Shown here in pieces: positions 17,885 to 25,467 of a stretch of 25,467 nucleotides of DNA. The position numbers and the translations under genes were made by a program. The notes beneath the pieces were generated by a model that searched no databases, was not told the origin of the DNA, and saw nothing but the letters and a program-made list of their open reading frames with translations. Location of the stretch: IMG/VR virus record IMGVR_UViG_3300037782_000033, positions 1-25,467 of that record. One strand, written 5' to 3'. Position 1 is the stretch's first letter. The number at the start of each line of letters is the position of its first letter. Origin of the DNA: a virus. Lineage: Duplodnaviria > Caudoviricetes.

Positions 17885-20785
17885 ATGAAAAAACTAATTT
17901 TAATTTTTACGATTTTAACATTTTTTATAGGTAATGCCCAACAGGACAAACCTTCTGGTTATCATAAAGACGGCATTCTATTTGATGATGCTCAAACACC
18001 AAACGTAGAAACACTTTGGTATAACTCATTTACAAATCAATATGGTATTATTAGATATGATAGGGTTTTAGGGAAATTTAGAGTTTTAGAAAATGGCACA
18101 TGGAAAGATTTAATTAGTTCAGGCGATAACCTTGGTAACCATACATTAACTGAAAATTTAGATTTAGCGAATTTCAACATAACTAATTCATTATCTAATA
18201 ATATAAATATTGGAATTGATGACACTACAGCTGCTTATGTAAATATATATGGTGGAAATACTTCTGTTGGTGGTTATTTAGGATTATTTAACGGTGCTAG
18301 TAAAGATACAAATAGAGATGTTTGGTATATAACAGCAGATGGTGATTTTCAAATAAGAGGTGCTGATGCTTATGGTGTTATTGTTGTTGATGATGTAACA
18401 GAAGGTGTAACTATTCCTCAAATGGATTTAGCTGATTATGCTACACTTGGAAACAAATCAATAGTTACTGAAGAAAGATTACAAGATTACGTTTCAACAA
18501 ACTCTTTTACATTACCAGACGACCTAAAACTAGGTGATGAAGACACCACAAACGGAAGCTTAACGGTACACGGAAACAGCACCACAACAGGTGGTAAGGT
18601 TATTTTAGAAAACCCAGCAGATAACGATACCGAAATAAACGACTATTCTTGGGAAACCATTAACGGTAATCTTATTTTAAAATCTAACGGTGGCACAAAT
18701 GGCTCTGTTGTGCCAGTCTTTACCGTTAACAGCTCTACCTTACAAACAGGCTTTGGTAATTATGAGTTTCCTAGAGCAGATGGCACAGCAGGACAAGTGC
18801 TTACAACAGATGGTAGTGGTAATGTAACTTTTGAGGATATTCCAACACCTTCTTTTGATGGAGTAGAGCGTTACGACACAGTTGCAGATTTGCCAGCTAC
18901 GGGTGTATCAACTACATCTTATAAAGTCACCGCAGACCCAACATCTAGTAACAACGGGTTTTATAGTTGGAATGGTAGTAGTTATGATAAAGATGCCGAC
19001 TTATATAATGGTGAAATCGCAGAGGGTGAAACCGAAGCAGTAACTGGTGATAAGATTTTTGAATCTTTAAAGTATAAAGCAGATGTAGTTGTCGGTAAAA
19101 ATATTTTTAATAAAGAGAATATATTAACGGGTCATTTATTAACAAACACAGGTGCTTTAGTAGTAAATTCTGGATATTTTGTATCAGAATATATACCTAT
19201 AAAAGAAGGTGTGCAGTATGTGTCAAGCTCTAACATAAGGTTTTCATGCTATTTCGATTCAAATAGAAATGTAGTTTCTGGTGGGACTAATACTAACATA
19301 ACTACTTTCACACCACCATTAAATGCTTATTATATTAGAGTTACAATTATAAACTCTGGATTAAACACCACACAGATAGAAGAAGGTAGTGTTGCTACAT
19401 CTTATGAAGATTATGAGTTAAAAATCCCAAGTTTAAATATAAACACATTATCACAAATAATTGAAGGTGATACTGTAGAGCCTATAAACTCGTCAGCAGT
19501 TGAGGGGTATATTGATAATTTAGGTCTTGGAAATATAGAACTTTTTTATCCAAACCCTTTAGACCCAACAAAAGTAGAACAAGGTTTTTTCTCACCAACT
19601 ACTGGTATTGTAAATACCAGTAACACAACTTATTGGTATTATAACGGAAGAATTAATGTGTCAGAAGGTGATAAAGTAAGAATTTTTAAATCTAATGAAG
19701 ATGATTTGGCTTTAACTATTAGGTCTATAGCTTCTTTTGATGTTAACGGTGACATAATTTCTGGGTCAGATATAGAGAATCAAACATGGTACAATGTACC
19801 AGCTAATTCTGCAACTGTAAGTTTTAGTTTATATAAATCTCAAGTAACAACAGATGATTTTACCGAACTTGTTTTTTCTAATAACGGATACCCTAAGAAA
19901 AACGAGGCATACATTAAAGTTATTAATCCAGATGATATAAGCTCTGCTGTAAACCAAACTTTTAAAGGCTCATCTATTCTTTGTTATTCAGACAGCATAA
20001 CTGATACTGAAGATGAATACATTTCATATCTGCATACATACGCTGGCTTTTCTACTATAAGAAGTATAGGTATAGGTGGTGCTAGAATAGCAGGGGCTTA
20101 CACAAGAGATGACGTAGCAGACCCTTACGACTATACAACAGACCATCCGACAGACCCAACAGACACTTATGGGGATAGACATTTATATCCACAAATCATT
20201 CATACACCAAACACATTAAGGCACAAGTATGATTTAATAAGTGATAAATACTTACAAGATGATGGGCGTTATATTTTTAAACCAGATGTCGTTTTAATTG
20301 CTTTAGGCTTTAACGACCACAAAGACACTTCTGTTGATGGTTACGAAAGTTATGATGATGTAAAAGATTTAACTGTTTCAGAGCTTGAAACAAGATTAAG
20401 TGCAACGGTTACTGGTAAAAAGATTTTTACATATTTAAGATTGGCATTAGAAAAACTAATGAGTGATGAGATTGTAGAAACTAGAGATTCCATGACTTAC
20501 GGTATAGATTGTCGTTTTTCAAAGATATATTTTGTAACCCCAATGGGTTCAGCGCAATCACCTATTATGGATGTTAATTATGGTGAGTTTGGTGATTTGT
20601 TGGAAAAATGCCTTGAGGATTATTCTATAAAAAGAATTGATGGATATAGGGATTTTGGAATAACAGGTAAATATGAAACACTTGGCTCTAATGGTAGGTT
20701 TTTAATAGATGGAATCCACCCTAATAGAAAAGGCTCTGATAGAATTGGTAGGGTTGTTTCTAAAACAATCATGTCAAATTACTAA
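17885..20785 (+). CDS. Tail fibre/spike-like protein with N-terminal signal peptide and C-terminal SGNH/GDSL esterase domain
   Basis: MKKLILIFTILTFFIGNA/QQ; fibre-type motifs DGTAGQVLTTDGSGN and TVADLPATG...NNGFYSWNG; SGNH blocks YSDSIT, LGFND and DGIHPN. Confidence 0.8.
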   Translation: MKKLILIFTILTFFIGNAQQDKPSGYHKDGILFDDAQTPNVETLWYNSFTNQYGIIRYDRVLGKFRVLENGTWKDLISSGDNLGNHTLTENLDLANFNITNSLSNNINIGIDDTTAAYVNIYGGNTSVGGYLGLFNGASKDTNRDVWYITADGDFQIRGADAYGVIVVDDVTEGVTIPQMDLADYATLGNKSIVTEERLQDYVSTNSFTLPDDLKLGDEDTTNGSLTVHGNSTTTGGKVILENPADNDTEINDYSWETINGNLILKSNGGTNGSVVPVFTVNSSTLQTGFGNYEFPRADGTAGQVLTTDGSGNVTFEDIPTPSFDGVERYDTVADLPATGVSTTSYKVTADPTSSNNGFYSWNGSSYDKDADLYNGEIAEGETEAVTGDKIFESLKYKADVVVGKNIFNKENILTGHLLTNTGALVVNSGYFVSEYIPIKEGVQYVSSSNIRFSCYFDSNRNVVSGGTNTNITTFTPPLNAYYIRVTIINSGLNTTQIEEGSVATSYEDYELKIPSLNINTLSQIIEGDTVEPINSSAVEGYIDNLGLGNIELFYPNPLDPTKVEQGFFSPTTGIVNTSNTTYWYYNGRINVSEGDKVRIFKSNEDDLALTIRSIASFDVNGDIISGSDIENQTWYNVPANSATVSFSLYKSQVTTDDFTELVFSNNGYPKKNEAYIKVINPDDISSAVNQTFKGSSILCYSDSITDTEDEYISYLHTYAGFSTIRSIGIGGARIAGAYTRDDVADPYDYTTDHPTDPTDTYGDRHLYPQIIHTPNTLRHKYDLISDKYLQDDGRYIFKPDVVLIALGFNDHKDTSVDGYESYDDVKDLTVSELETRLSATVTGKKIFTYLRLALEKLMSDEIVETRDSMTYGIDCRFSKIYFVTPMGSAQSPIMDVNYGEFGDLLEKCLEDYSIKRIDGYRDFGITGKYETLGSNGRFLIDGIHPNRKGSDRIGRVVSKTIMSNY

Positions 20786-20789
20786 AATT

Positions 20790-21518
20790 ATGAAAAAAAC
20801 CATCACATACCTAGCACTAATCATTTGCATAACTGCAAATGCACAAGCAGATAAAGTCAACGAAATTTCTAAGGATAAACTAGAAGTTGAGAATGAATGG
20901 CGACAAACTGTAGACAATCAGTTAAAACAGTTACAAGCTATGAGTGTAAAGTTGTATAGTTTGCAAACCGATATTAATAATCTTACGGCAAAGGTTAATG
21001 ACCAGTCAAAACACATCACAGCACTAAAGGTTAATGCCTTAAAAGACAGCCTAAAAATAGATAGGTTAGAAAAGCAGATTAACTACACCCAAACATTCAT
21101 TAAAGATAGTGTGGTTTTTGTATCTGAAAATCCTAAACCAGTCAAGGTTAATTTAATAGACAGCGTTACCAGTATGCACGCAGCGTGGTCAGACAATAAT
21201 GGCGTTTACACTTACGACAGTACCGTTGATAACTACGACTACATCTATTTTAACTTTAAAGAAAACCTTAAACCCAACTCTACCTACATTATATCGTTCA
21301 CCATTCAGTTGGCAGATACTAGCAGAGAAGCTTTGGTTAATTTTTGGTTTTACGACGAAGCATCAAACCAACGTTTACCAGATGGTTACTATAAAGAAGG
21401 TAAGCATAGCTTTGATTACACTGTAGAAGGTGCAGAAAAGATAAGGATGGGTATAAGAGCCAGAAATAACAATGGTGGCAGTTTTGATTTGTTAGATCTA
21501 AAAGTGGTAGAGAAATGA
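20790..21518 (+). CDS. Signal-peptide protein with coiled coil and C-terminal beta-sandwich (CBM-like) domain
   Basis: MKKTITYLALIICITANA/Q; heptad region; LKPNSTYIISFTI typical of jelly-roll domains. ATG 20790 is preferred over 20709. Confidence 0.65.
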   Translation: MKKTITYLALIICITANAQADKVNEISKDKLEVENEWRQTVDNQLKQLQAMSVKLYSLQTDINNLTAKVNDQSKHITALKVNALKDSLKIDRLEKQINYTQTFIKDSVVFVSENPKPVKVNLIDSVTSMHAAWSDNNGVYTYDSTVDNYDYIYFNFKENLKPNSTYIISFTIQLADTSREALVNFWFYDEASNQRLPDGYYKEGKHSFDYTVEGAEKIRMGIRARNNNGGSFDLLDLKVVEK

Positions 21519-21751
21519 ATAAGAACGCTATACGCTTTGTAAAATCTAAGTTGGATCGGTTTATATCCGTAATGGATTTGGCTGGTGTTACACCTTCAGA
21601 AGGTGAGATTGATGATTTTTTATCATCGACTGGTGCAATGTATAGAGAGGTGTTTATAAAGTTCTGTTTTCATTATTGGGAACGCAGGCACGAAAAATAT
21701 ATTATAAACAAAGCAATTGCAGAGTTGCAGTTGTATAACGTAATAAATTAA
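21515..21751 (+). CDS. Hypothetical protein
   Basis: ATGA-coupled 78-aa ORF; no recognisable motif. Confidence 0.55.
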   Translation: MNKNAIRFVKSKLDRFISVMDLAGVTPSEGEIDDFLSSTGAMYREVFIKFCFHYWERRHEKYIINKAIAELQLYNVIN

Positions 21752-21756
21752 GAGAT

Positions 21757-21990
21757 ATGTTCAATAAACTAAAAGAGTTTGGTAAGTCATTTATTTGGCT
21801 TTTAGGTGCAGTAATATTACTAGCACAAACGTATAGGATTGTAGCGTTTTACGCTTTCGATTTAGAGTTTGAAATTGACCTTGTAAGAGATTTTGCCTTT
21901 GCAATTTTGGGCTTTGCTATGATGTTTATTCAGAATGGTTTAAAGTCGGCAGCATTAAAAGTGATAAAGCGCAAATCTGATAGTGTATAG
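21757..21990 (+). CDS. Putative holin (2 TM)
   Basis: 77 aa, two hydrophobic helices, basic C-terminus, upstream of the endolysin. Confidence 0.6.
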   Translation: MFNKLKEFGKSFIWLLGAVILLAQTYRIVAFYAFDLEFEIDLVRDFAFAILGFAMMFIQNGLKSAALKVIKRKSDSV

Positions 21991-22050
21991 AAACATCTTG
22001 CTATTAAGTCACGGTCTTTGTGGGATTAGACCAACTTAAAAATTTTAATT

Positions 22051-22611
22051 ATGACAATAAGTACAGGGAAAAGTTATTTAGACTGGTTTTTAAAGCAAGA
22101 TGGTCGTGGCATGGTCATTATTTTGCTACTCGTAATCGTTGGTTATTTAGGTTATAAGTTCGATAATTATCAAGAAGAACAAGCCTTAGAAATGAAAGAG
22201 TTACGATCTCAGATAGACGATTGCTTGAGTAAAGATCAGATGATAAACGACCTTCAGAACGAGATTAAAGAAATGAAGCTGAAGTTTATAATCCTACAAT
22301 CTAATGCTAACGATAGCCCAAACGCACAATGGATAACAGATGCAGCTACAAACAATATACTTTGGATTAACACCGCATACGAAAACAAATATCTAAAACC
22401 AAAAGGCAAAAGAGCCAGCGACCTTATAGGCACAAACGGTTACGATATTTTTGGCGAAGAAAATGCAAGCAGATTTATAACCAATAACGTTTGGGTAATT
22501 TCTAATAAGAAGCCAAAGACCTTTAGAGAAATTGAAGAAACATTAAAATATCCAATCACTATTGGCGAGTATATATTTGCCATTGGTGGTATGGAATATC
22601 AACATTTTTAA
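22051..22611 (+). CDS. Membrane protein: single TM + coiled coil + PAS-like domain
   Basis: TM MVIILLLVIVGYLGY; SPNAQWITD...ILWINTAYE...DLIGTNGYDIFGEENASRF...V...LKYPI...AIGG follows the PAS_4 pattern. Confidence 0.7.
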   Translation: MTISTGKSYLDWFLKQDGRGMVIILLLVIVGYLGYKFDNYQEEQALEMKELRSQIDDCLSKDQMINDLQNEIKEMKLKFIILQSNANDSPNAQWITDAATNNILWINTAYENKYLKPKGKRASDLIGTNGYDIFGEENASRFITNNVWVISNKKPKTFREIEETLKYPITIGEYIFAIGGMEYQHF

Positions 22612-22614
22612 GCC

Positions 22615-23049
22615 ATGTACAAATGTAAATACTACACCATAGAAGAATTAGTACACCCTTGGATTTTAAAAAAGATAGGTGAAACAAACGCATGGCTTCG
22701 CTTAGATGCAGATGCATTAAAAGACATAGACTTTATACGAGAAGAATGGTATAAGCAAGAAGGCTCTGGTGTGTATTGCAATCGTGTTAATATAGGTTTA
22801 GACAGTCGTGGTTATAGACCACCTAACGACCCTGATGGCTCTTGGAACTCTACACATAAACATGCTAATACCTTTGACTTAGAGCCAGTAAACGGTAAAC
22901 ATCGTAAATTTTTCAACTTTGTAAAGGACTTAATTAAAGAAAGAAAGCTAAAACGTATCAATACCTTAGAAGATTTTGAGTACACTAAAACTTGGACGCA
23001 TGCTGGGTATATGAATACTAATGAGCGACCATTAATAATAAAGCCTTAA
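22615..23049 (+). CDS. Endolysin, peptidase M15-like Zn metallopeptidase
   Basis: YYTIEELV, RGYR, STHKHANTFD (SxH-x6-D Zn motif) and C-terminal WTH. Confidence 0.8.
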   Translation: MYKCKYYTIEELVHPWILKKIGETNAWLRLDADALKDIDFIREEWYKQEGSGVYCNRVNIGLDSRGYRPPNDPDGSWNSTHKHANTFDLEPVNGKHRKFFNFVKDLIKERKLKRINTLEDFEYTKTWTHAGYMNTNERPLIIKP

Positions 23050-23076
23050 TTTACTTTTTACGCAAAAACTAAAATA

Positions 23077-23436
23077 GTGATGAATGTTATTTTACTTTTT
23101 TGGAAAAACAGAACAACCTCAGAAAAACTATTCCTGGTGATTATTGCAGTATGTTTAGTATATGGATCAGTGGTTACTATTCAGAAAGCAGTGTATAAAT
23201 ACAAGTACTTTAAAAAAGTAGAGCAGCAATACAACGTAGCAAAAGATAGTTTAGACGCTCTTAATTTGAGAATAAAAGACTTGACCCAAAAACAGCAAAC
23301 CAAAACTACCAGTACTAAAAAACAATCTAAAGCCATTAATGATAAACTAAAGCAAGATGAAGCAATTATTGATAAGTCTAATCCTAATGATGATGAGCTT
23401 AACGCTTACATCGCAAAACACGAAGGCAACAGATAG
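23077..23436 (+). CDS. Putative inner-membrane spanin-like protein
   Basis: N-terminal TM followed by coiled coil, immediately after the endolysin. Confidence 0.55.
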   Translation: MMNVILLFWKNRTTSEKLFLVIIAVCLVYGSVVTIQKAVYKYKYFKKVEQQYNVAKDSLDALNLRIKDLTQKQQTKTTSTKKQSKAINDKLKQDEAIIDKSNPNDDELNAYIAKHEGNR

Positions 23437-23722
23437 TATTACCATATCTAAAAAAGCCTTAAAATCTATGGCAAAAGAAAGCCGTAAGTGCGATAGTTTG
23501 CGTGTGGCTTATGATTTGCAATTTAAATCGCTAAACGATTTAATAAATAGTAACCTCGATTATTTTAAGCGCATGCGAACTTCAGAAATGCAACGCGAAA
23601 AACTACAAATACAATTAGACGACTCTGTAAAAGCACTTAGAAAAAAGAAAAACAACTGGATTTTACCAACTAGCTTGGGTGTCGTTGGTGGTGTTGTTTT
23701 AGGTGTTTTGATTAGTAATTAA
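23357..23722 (+). CDS. Putative spanin partner (signal peptide, coiled coil, C-terminal Gly-rich hydrophobic segment)
   Basis: Overlaps the previous gene by 80 nt in another frame, as Rz/Rz1 pairs do; no lipobox Cys. Confidence 0.5.
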   Translation: MKQLLISLILMMMSLTLTSQNTKATDSITISKKALKSMAKESRKCDSLRVAYDLQFKSLNDLINSNLDYFKRMRTSEMQREKLQIQLDDSVKALRKKKNNWILPTSLGVVGGVVLGVLISN

Positions 23723-23978
23723 ACCACTTCATAATTTTATCGTCGCTTCTAATCAAAGTATCATGTATATATTTTAAGATGCTGATACTTACAAATTGAA
23801 ACTTACGGATTTCCGTAAGGTAGTTTAACTCAATTGTTATATTGGGTGTATTGTGCTGCAGGTACTTAAAAGCGTAAGCATATTCATTTTTAAACTGGCT
23901 AATGATCTGCTCGTGGTAGTCGTGCTCATCCTGAGACATTTTAAACGCATCTTTATCTATGTGAATCTCGAAATACAT
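23712..23978 (-). CDS. Hypothetical protein, last gene of the integrase operon
   Basis: 88 aa; ATG overlaps the stop (TAATG) of the upstream 29-aa ORF. Confidence 0.6.
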   Translation of the reverse strand: MYFEIHIDKDAFKMSQDEHDYHEQIISQFKNEYAYAFKYLQHNTPNITIELNYLTEIRKFQFVSISILKYIHDTLIRSDDKIMKWFNY

Positions 23979-24067
23979 TATTTATTCAAAAACTCTTCAC
24001 CACCTTTATAAAGGATCCATCCACCTATTACCCAAACAGCTATAAAAATTATTGCTTTTAAAATCAT
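23978..24067 (-). CDS. 29-aa single-TM micropeptide MILKAIIFIAVWVIGGWILYKGGEEFLNK
   Basis: Translated by hand; starts 2 nt after the integrase stop and fills the intergenic gap exactly. Confidence 0.6.
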   Translation of the reverse strand: MILKAIIFIAVWVIGGWILYKGGEEFLNK

Positions 24068-24069
24068 AT

Positions 24070-25227
24070 CTAAAATTTAGGTGAATTATCTATTATGTCC
24101 TTTTTGTAAATCCCTTTTATACGTTTCACATAGTGACTTGTCATGCGTTTTGAACTATGGCCGTAAAGTTCCCTTATAGCATCTAAATCTACACCAGATA
24201 ATAGTTTATCATCGCCTCCTTTGTGTTTATATGAGTACATATTAACATTTATTCCCAAACCTTTTTTAACAATCTTTTGCCAGCGTTTGGTTGCGGTGTC
24301 TCTTTTTAATTGAGTTGGGCCAATAATAAAATCATCAAATTTACCTCTATTACCACAACCACTTTTTCTAAAACTACCAAAAAGATAAAAATTATCTGGG
24401 TAAGCATCAATACGTAAATTTAAAAGCATGTCTAGCATATAATTATTAATAACTACATTTCGCTTTCGTGTTCCTGATTTTGTAATGATTGGTGGTAGAA
24501 TGATTTCCCTAATCTCAAGGTTAATCATGTGTAATTGAATTGACAATATCTCTTTTGGTCGTATTCCGGTATGATAAACTGTTTCAATAAACTTACAGAA
24601 ATTAGGGTGGTTAGTCTCAAGTTCTTTTTTTATGATTTCATGTTCGCTATCCGTAGCTGTTTCGTTAGCGTTGCTTTCACCAACTGGCAACGGTTTTATT
24701 TTATGGCATGGATTGTATTCAATAATATCATGGTCCAAAAGCTCTGACATTATCGCGCTTAATTGTGAAAGGTATTTGTTCCTGGCATGATTGGATAGAC
24801 TTCGAGTTGTTCTTACTTTTTTTAGTACAGCTCGTATATGGTACCGCTTTACATCTTGAATTTTCACATATTGCAAACCAAGTGATTTAATAGCTTTTAA
24901 AATATGTACTAAGGTATTTTTATAAGTAGAAAAAGACTTGTCAGCTAAACGTTCTTTCTTTTCCTTTAGAGCAAACTCTAGCGCACTAGCAAAATAAATA
25001 TCATCTTGTGGAACTTCTTCAGATACGAAAGGATTCCAACCTTTTTTTAATTTCTCGTGCAAATCATTTACAAGAGCATTTCCAAAAATCTCTTTTTCTT
25101 TTGGATTTTTGAGGTAATTGATACCTTTTTTGTATTTCTTGATTTTACCTAGATAAGAAAAGTGGACGTACCATATACCGTCCTTTGACTTGCATAGTCT
25201 GGGTTTTGTGAATTTTTGATTTAACAT
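24070..25227 (-). CDS. int: Tyrosine recombinase/phage integrase
   Basis: HTGIRPKE (catalytic R), TKSG (K), YSYKH (variant of HxxR) and LYGHSSKRMTSHY (H, Y); adjacent to a tRNA. Confidence 0.95.
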   Translation of the reverse strand: MLNQKFTKPRLCKSKDGIWYVHFSYLGKIKKYKKGINYLKNPKEKEIFGNALVNDLHEKLKKGWNPFVSEEVPQDDIYFASALEFALKEKKERLADKSFSTYKNTLVHILKAIKSLGLQYVKIQDVKRYHIRAVLKKVRTTRSLSNHARNKYLSQLSAIMSELLDHDIIEYNPCHKIKPLPVGESNANETATDSEHEIIKKELETNHPNFCKFIETVYHTGIRPKEILSIQLHMINLEIREIILPPIITKSGTRKRNVVINNYMLDMLLNLRIDAYPDNFYLFGSFRKSGCGNRGKFDDFIIGPTQLKRDTATKRWQKIVKKGLGINVNMYSYKHKGGDDKLLSGVDLDAIRELYGHSSKRMTSHYVKRIKGIYKKDIIDNSPKF

Positions 25228-25303
25228 TTTAATCTGTTTTTATTAAAATGTCTGCGGAGAAATCAACTTACTCTATTTTTACCCTTTTTTATTATGGTTC
25301 TCT

Positions 25304-25331
25304 TGAACACCCTGTAAACACAGGGTATTCA
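25304..25331 (-). repeat. Inverted repeat/hairpin just downstream of the tRNA 3' end
   Basis: TGAACACCCTGT-AAAC-ACAGGGTATTCA; fully paired on the minus-strand RNA with one G-U; no following U-tract. Confidence 0.6.
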
Positions 25332-25341
25332 GAAAACCAAG

Positions 25342-25426
25342 CGGAGAAAGAGGGATTCGAACCCCCGGAGGTGTGACCCTCAACAGTTTTCAAGACTGCC
25401 GCATTCGACCACTCTGCCATTTCTCC
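25342..25426 (-). tRNA. tRNA-Ser(TGA), probable integration site
   Basis: GGAGAAA/TTTCTCC acceptor stem, D-arm TGGCAGAGTGGTCGAATGC, anticodon loop CTTGAAA, long variable arm, GGTTCGAATCC T-loop, G discriminator; CCA not fully encoded. Confidence 0.97.
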
Positions 25427-25467
25427 AATTGCGGATGCAAATATAAAACCCTTTTTGATGTAGCCAA

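Larger units (their letters stand above)
1..25350. mobile_element. Integrated siphovirus-like prophage (head-tail-lysis-integrase portion), right boundary at tRNA-Ser 3' end; left boundary not in window
   Basis: Contiguous co-oriented portal, protease, capsid, connector, tail tube, tape measure, tail, holin, endolysin and spanin-like genes; tyrosine integrase directly downstream of a tRNA. Whether 1-950 is phage moron or host DNA cannot be decided here. Confidence 0.92.

Noticed and set aside
1549-18225. Numerous 60-126 aa antisense or alternate-frame ORFs in the track (e.g. 1549-1764, 2544-2786, 5196-5435, 9309-9593, 10335-10715, 12575-12928, 16583-16777, 16993-17259)
   Set aside because: Shadows of longer, well-supported genes; no motifs or expression signals.
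17855-20789. Track start codons 17855 and 20709 (also 447 and 16885)
   Set aside because: Downstream ATGs (17885, 20790, 462, 16891) avoid overlaps and expose clean signal peptides or fit promoter positions.
25304-25331. Hairpin as an intrinsic terminator of the tRNA
   Set aside because: No U-tract follows on the minus strand; reported only as an inverted repeat.
1-25467. CRISPR array, diversity-generating retroelement, invertible tail cassette or contractile tailocin
   Set aside because: No repeat-spacer array, reverse transcriptase, invertase or sheath/baseplate genes seen; head genes are present.

Overview
This window holds the structural, lysis and integration end of a siphovirus-like temperate prophage in an AT-rich Bacteroidota genome, probably Flavobacteriaceae. 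The host call rests on TAnnTTTG -7 promoter elements, signal peptides cleaved before Gln, and Bacteroidota-type phage gene order. From left to right: a small-protein/GNAT-acetyltransferase pair with a truncated GNAT; portal; two small ORFs; prohead protease; HK97-fold major capsid; connectors; tail tube; tape measure; tail-tip proteins; a reverse-strand His-rich moron; tail-fibre/SGNH-esterase genes; a lysis cassette; a reverse-strand integrase operon; and an intact tRNA-Ser(TGA) as the probable attachment site. No terminase, repressor, replication genes or second att copy are visible, so they probably lie left of the window. The most striking signal is a perfect 21-bp palindrome, TATTTAGAATnATTCTAAATA, with Fur/PerR-family 7-1-7 geometry. 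It sits just upstream of the -7 promoter element of both virion operons (984-1004 and 16846-16866), suggesting host iron/peroxide control of particle production. Other oddities: a TM-coiled-coil-PAS protein in the lysis cassette, signal peptides on tail-module proteins, a tandem RNA hairpin motif before the capsid gene, and a hidden 29-aa membrane peptide behind the integrase. All product calls come from motifs and synteny read by eye; no searches were run.
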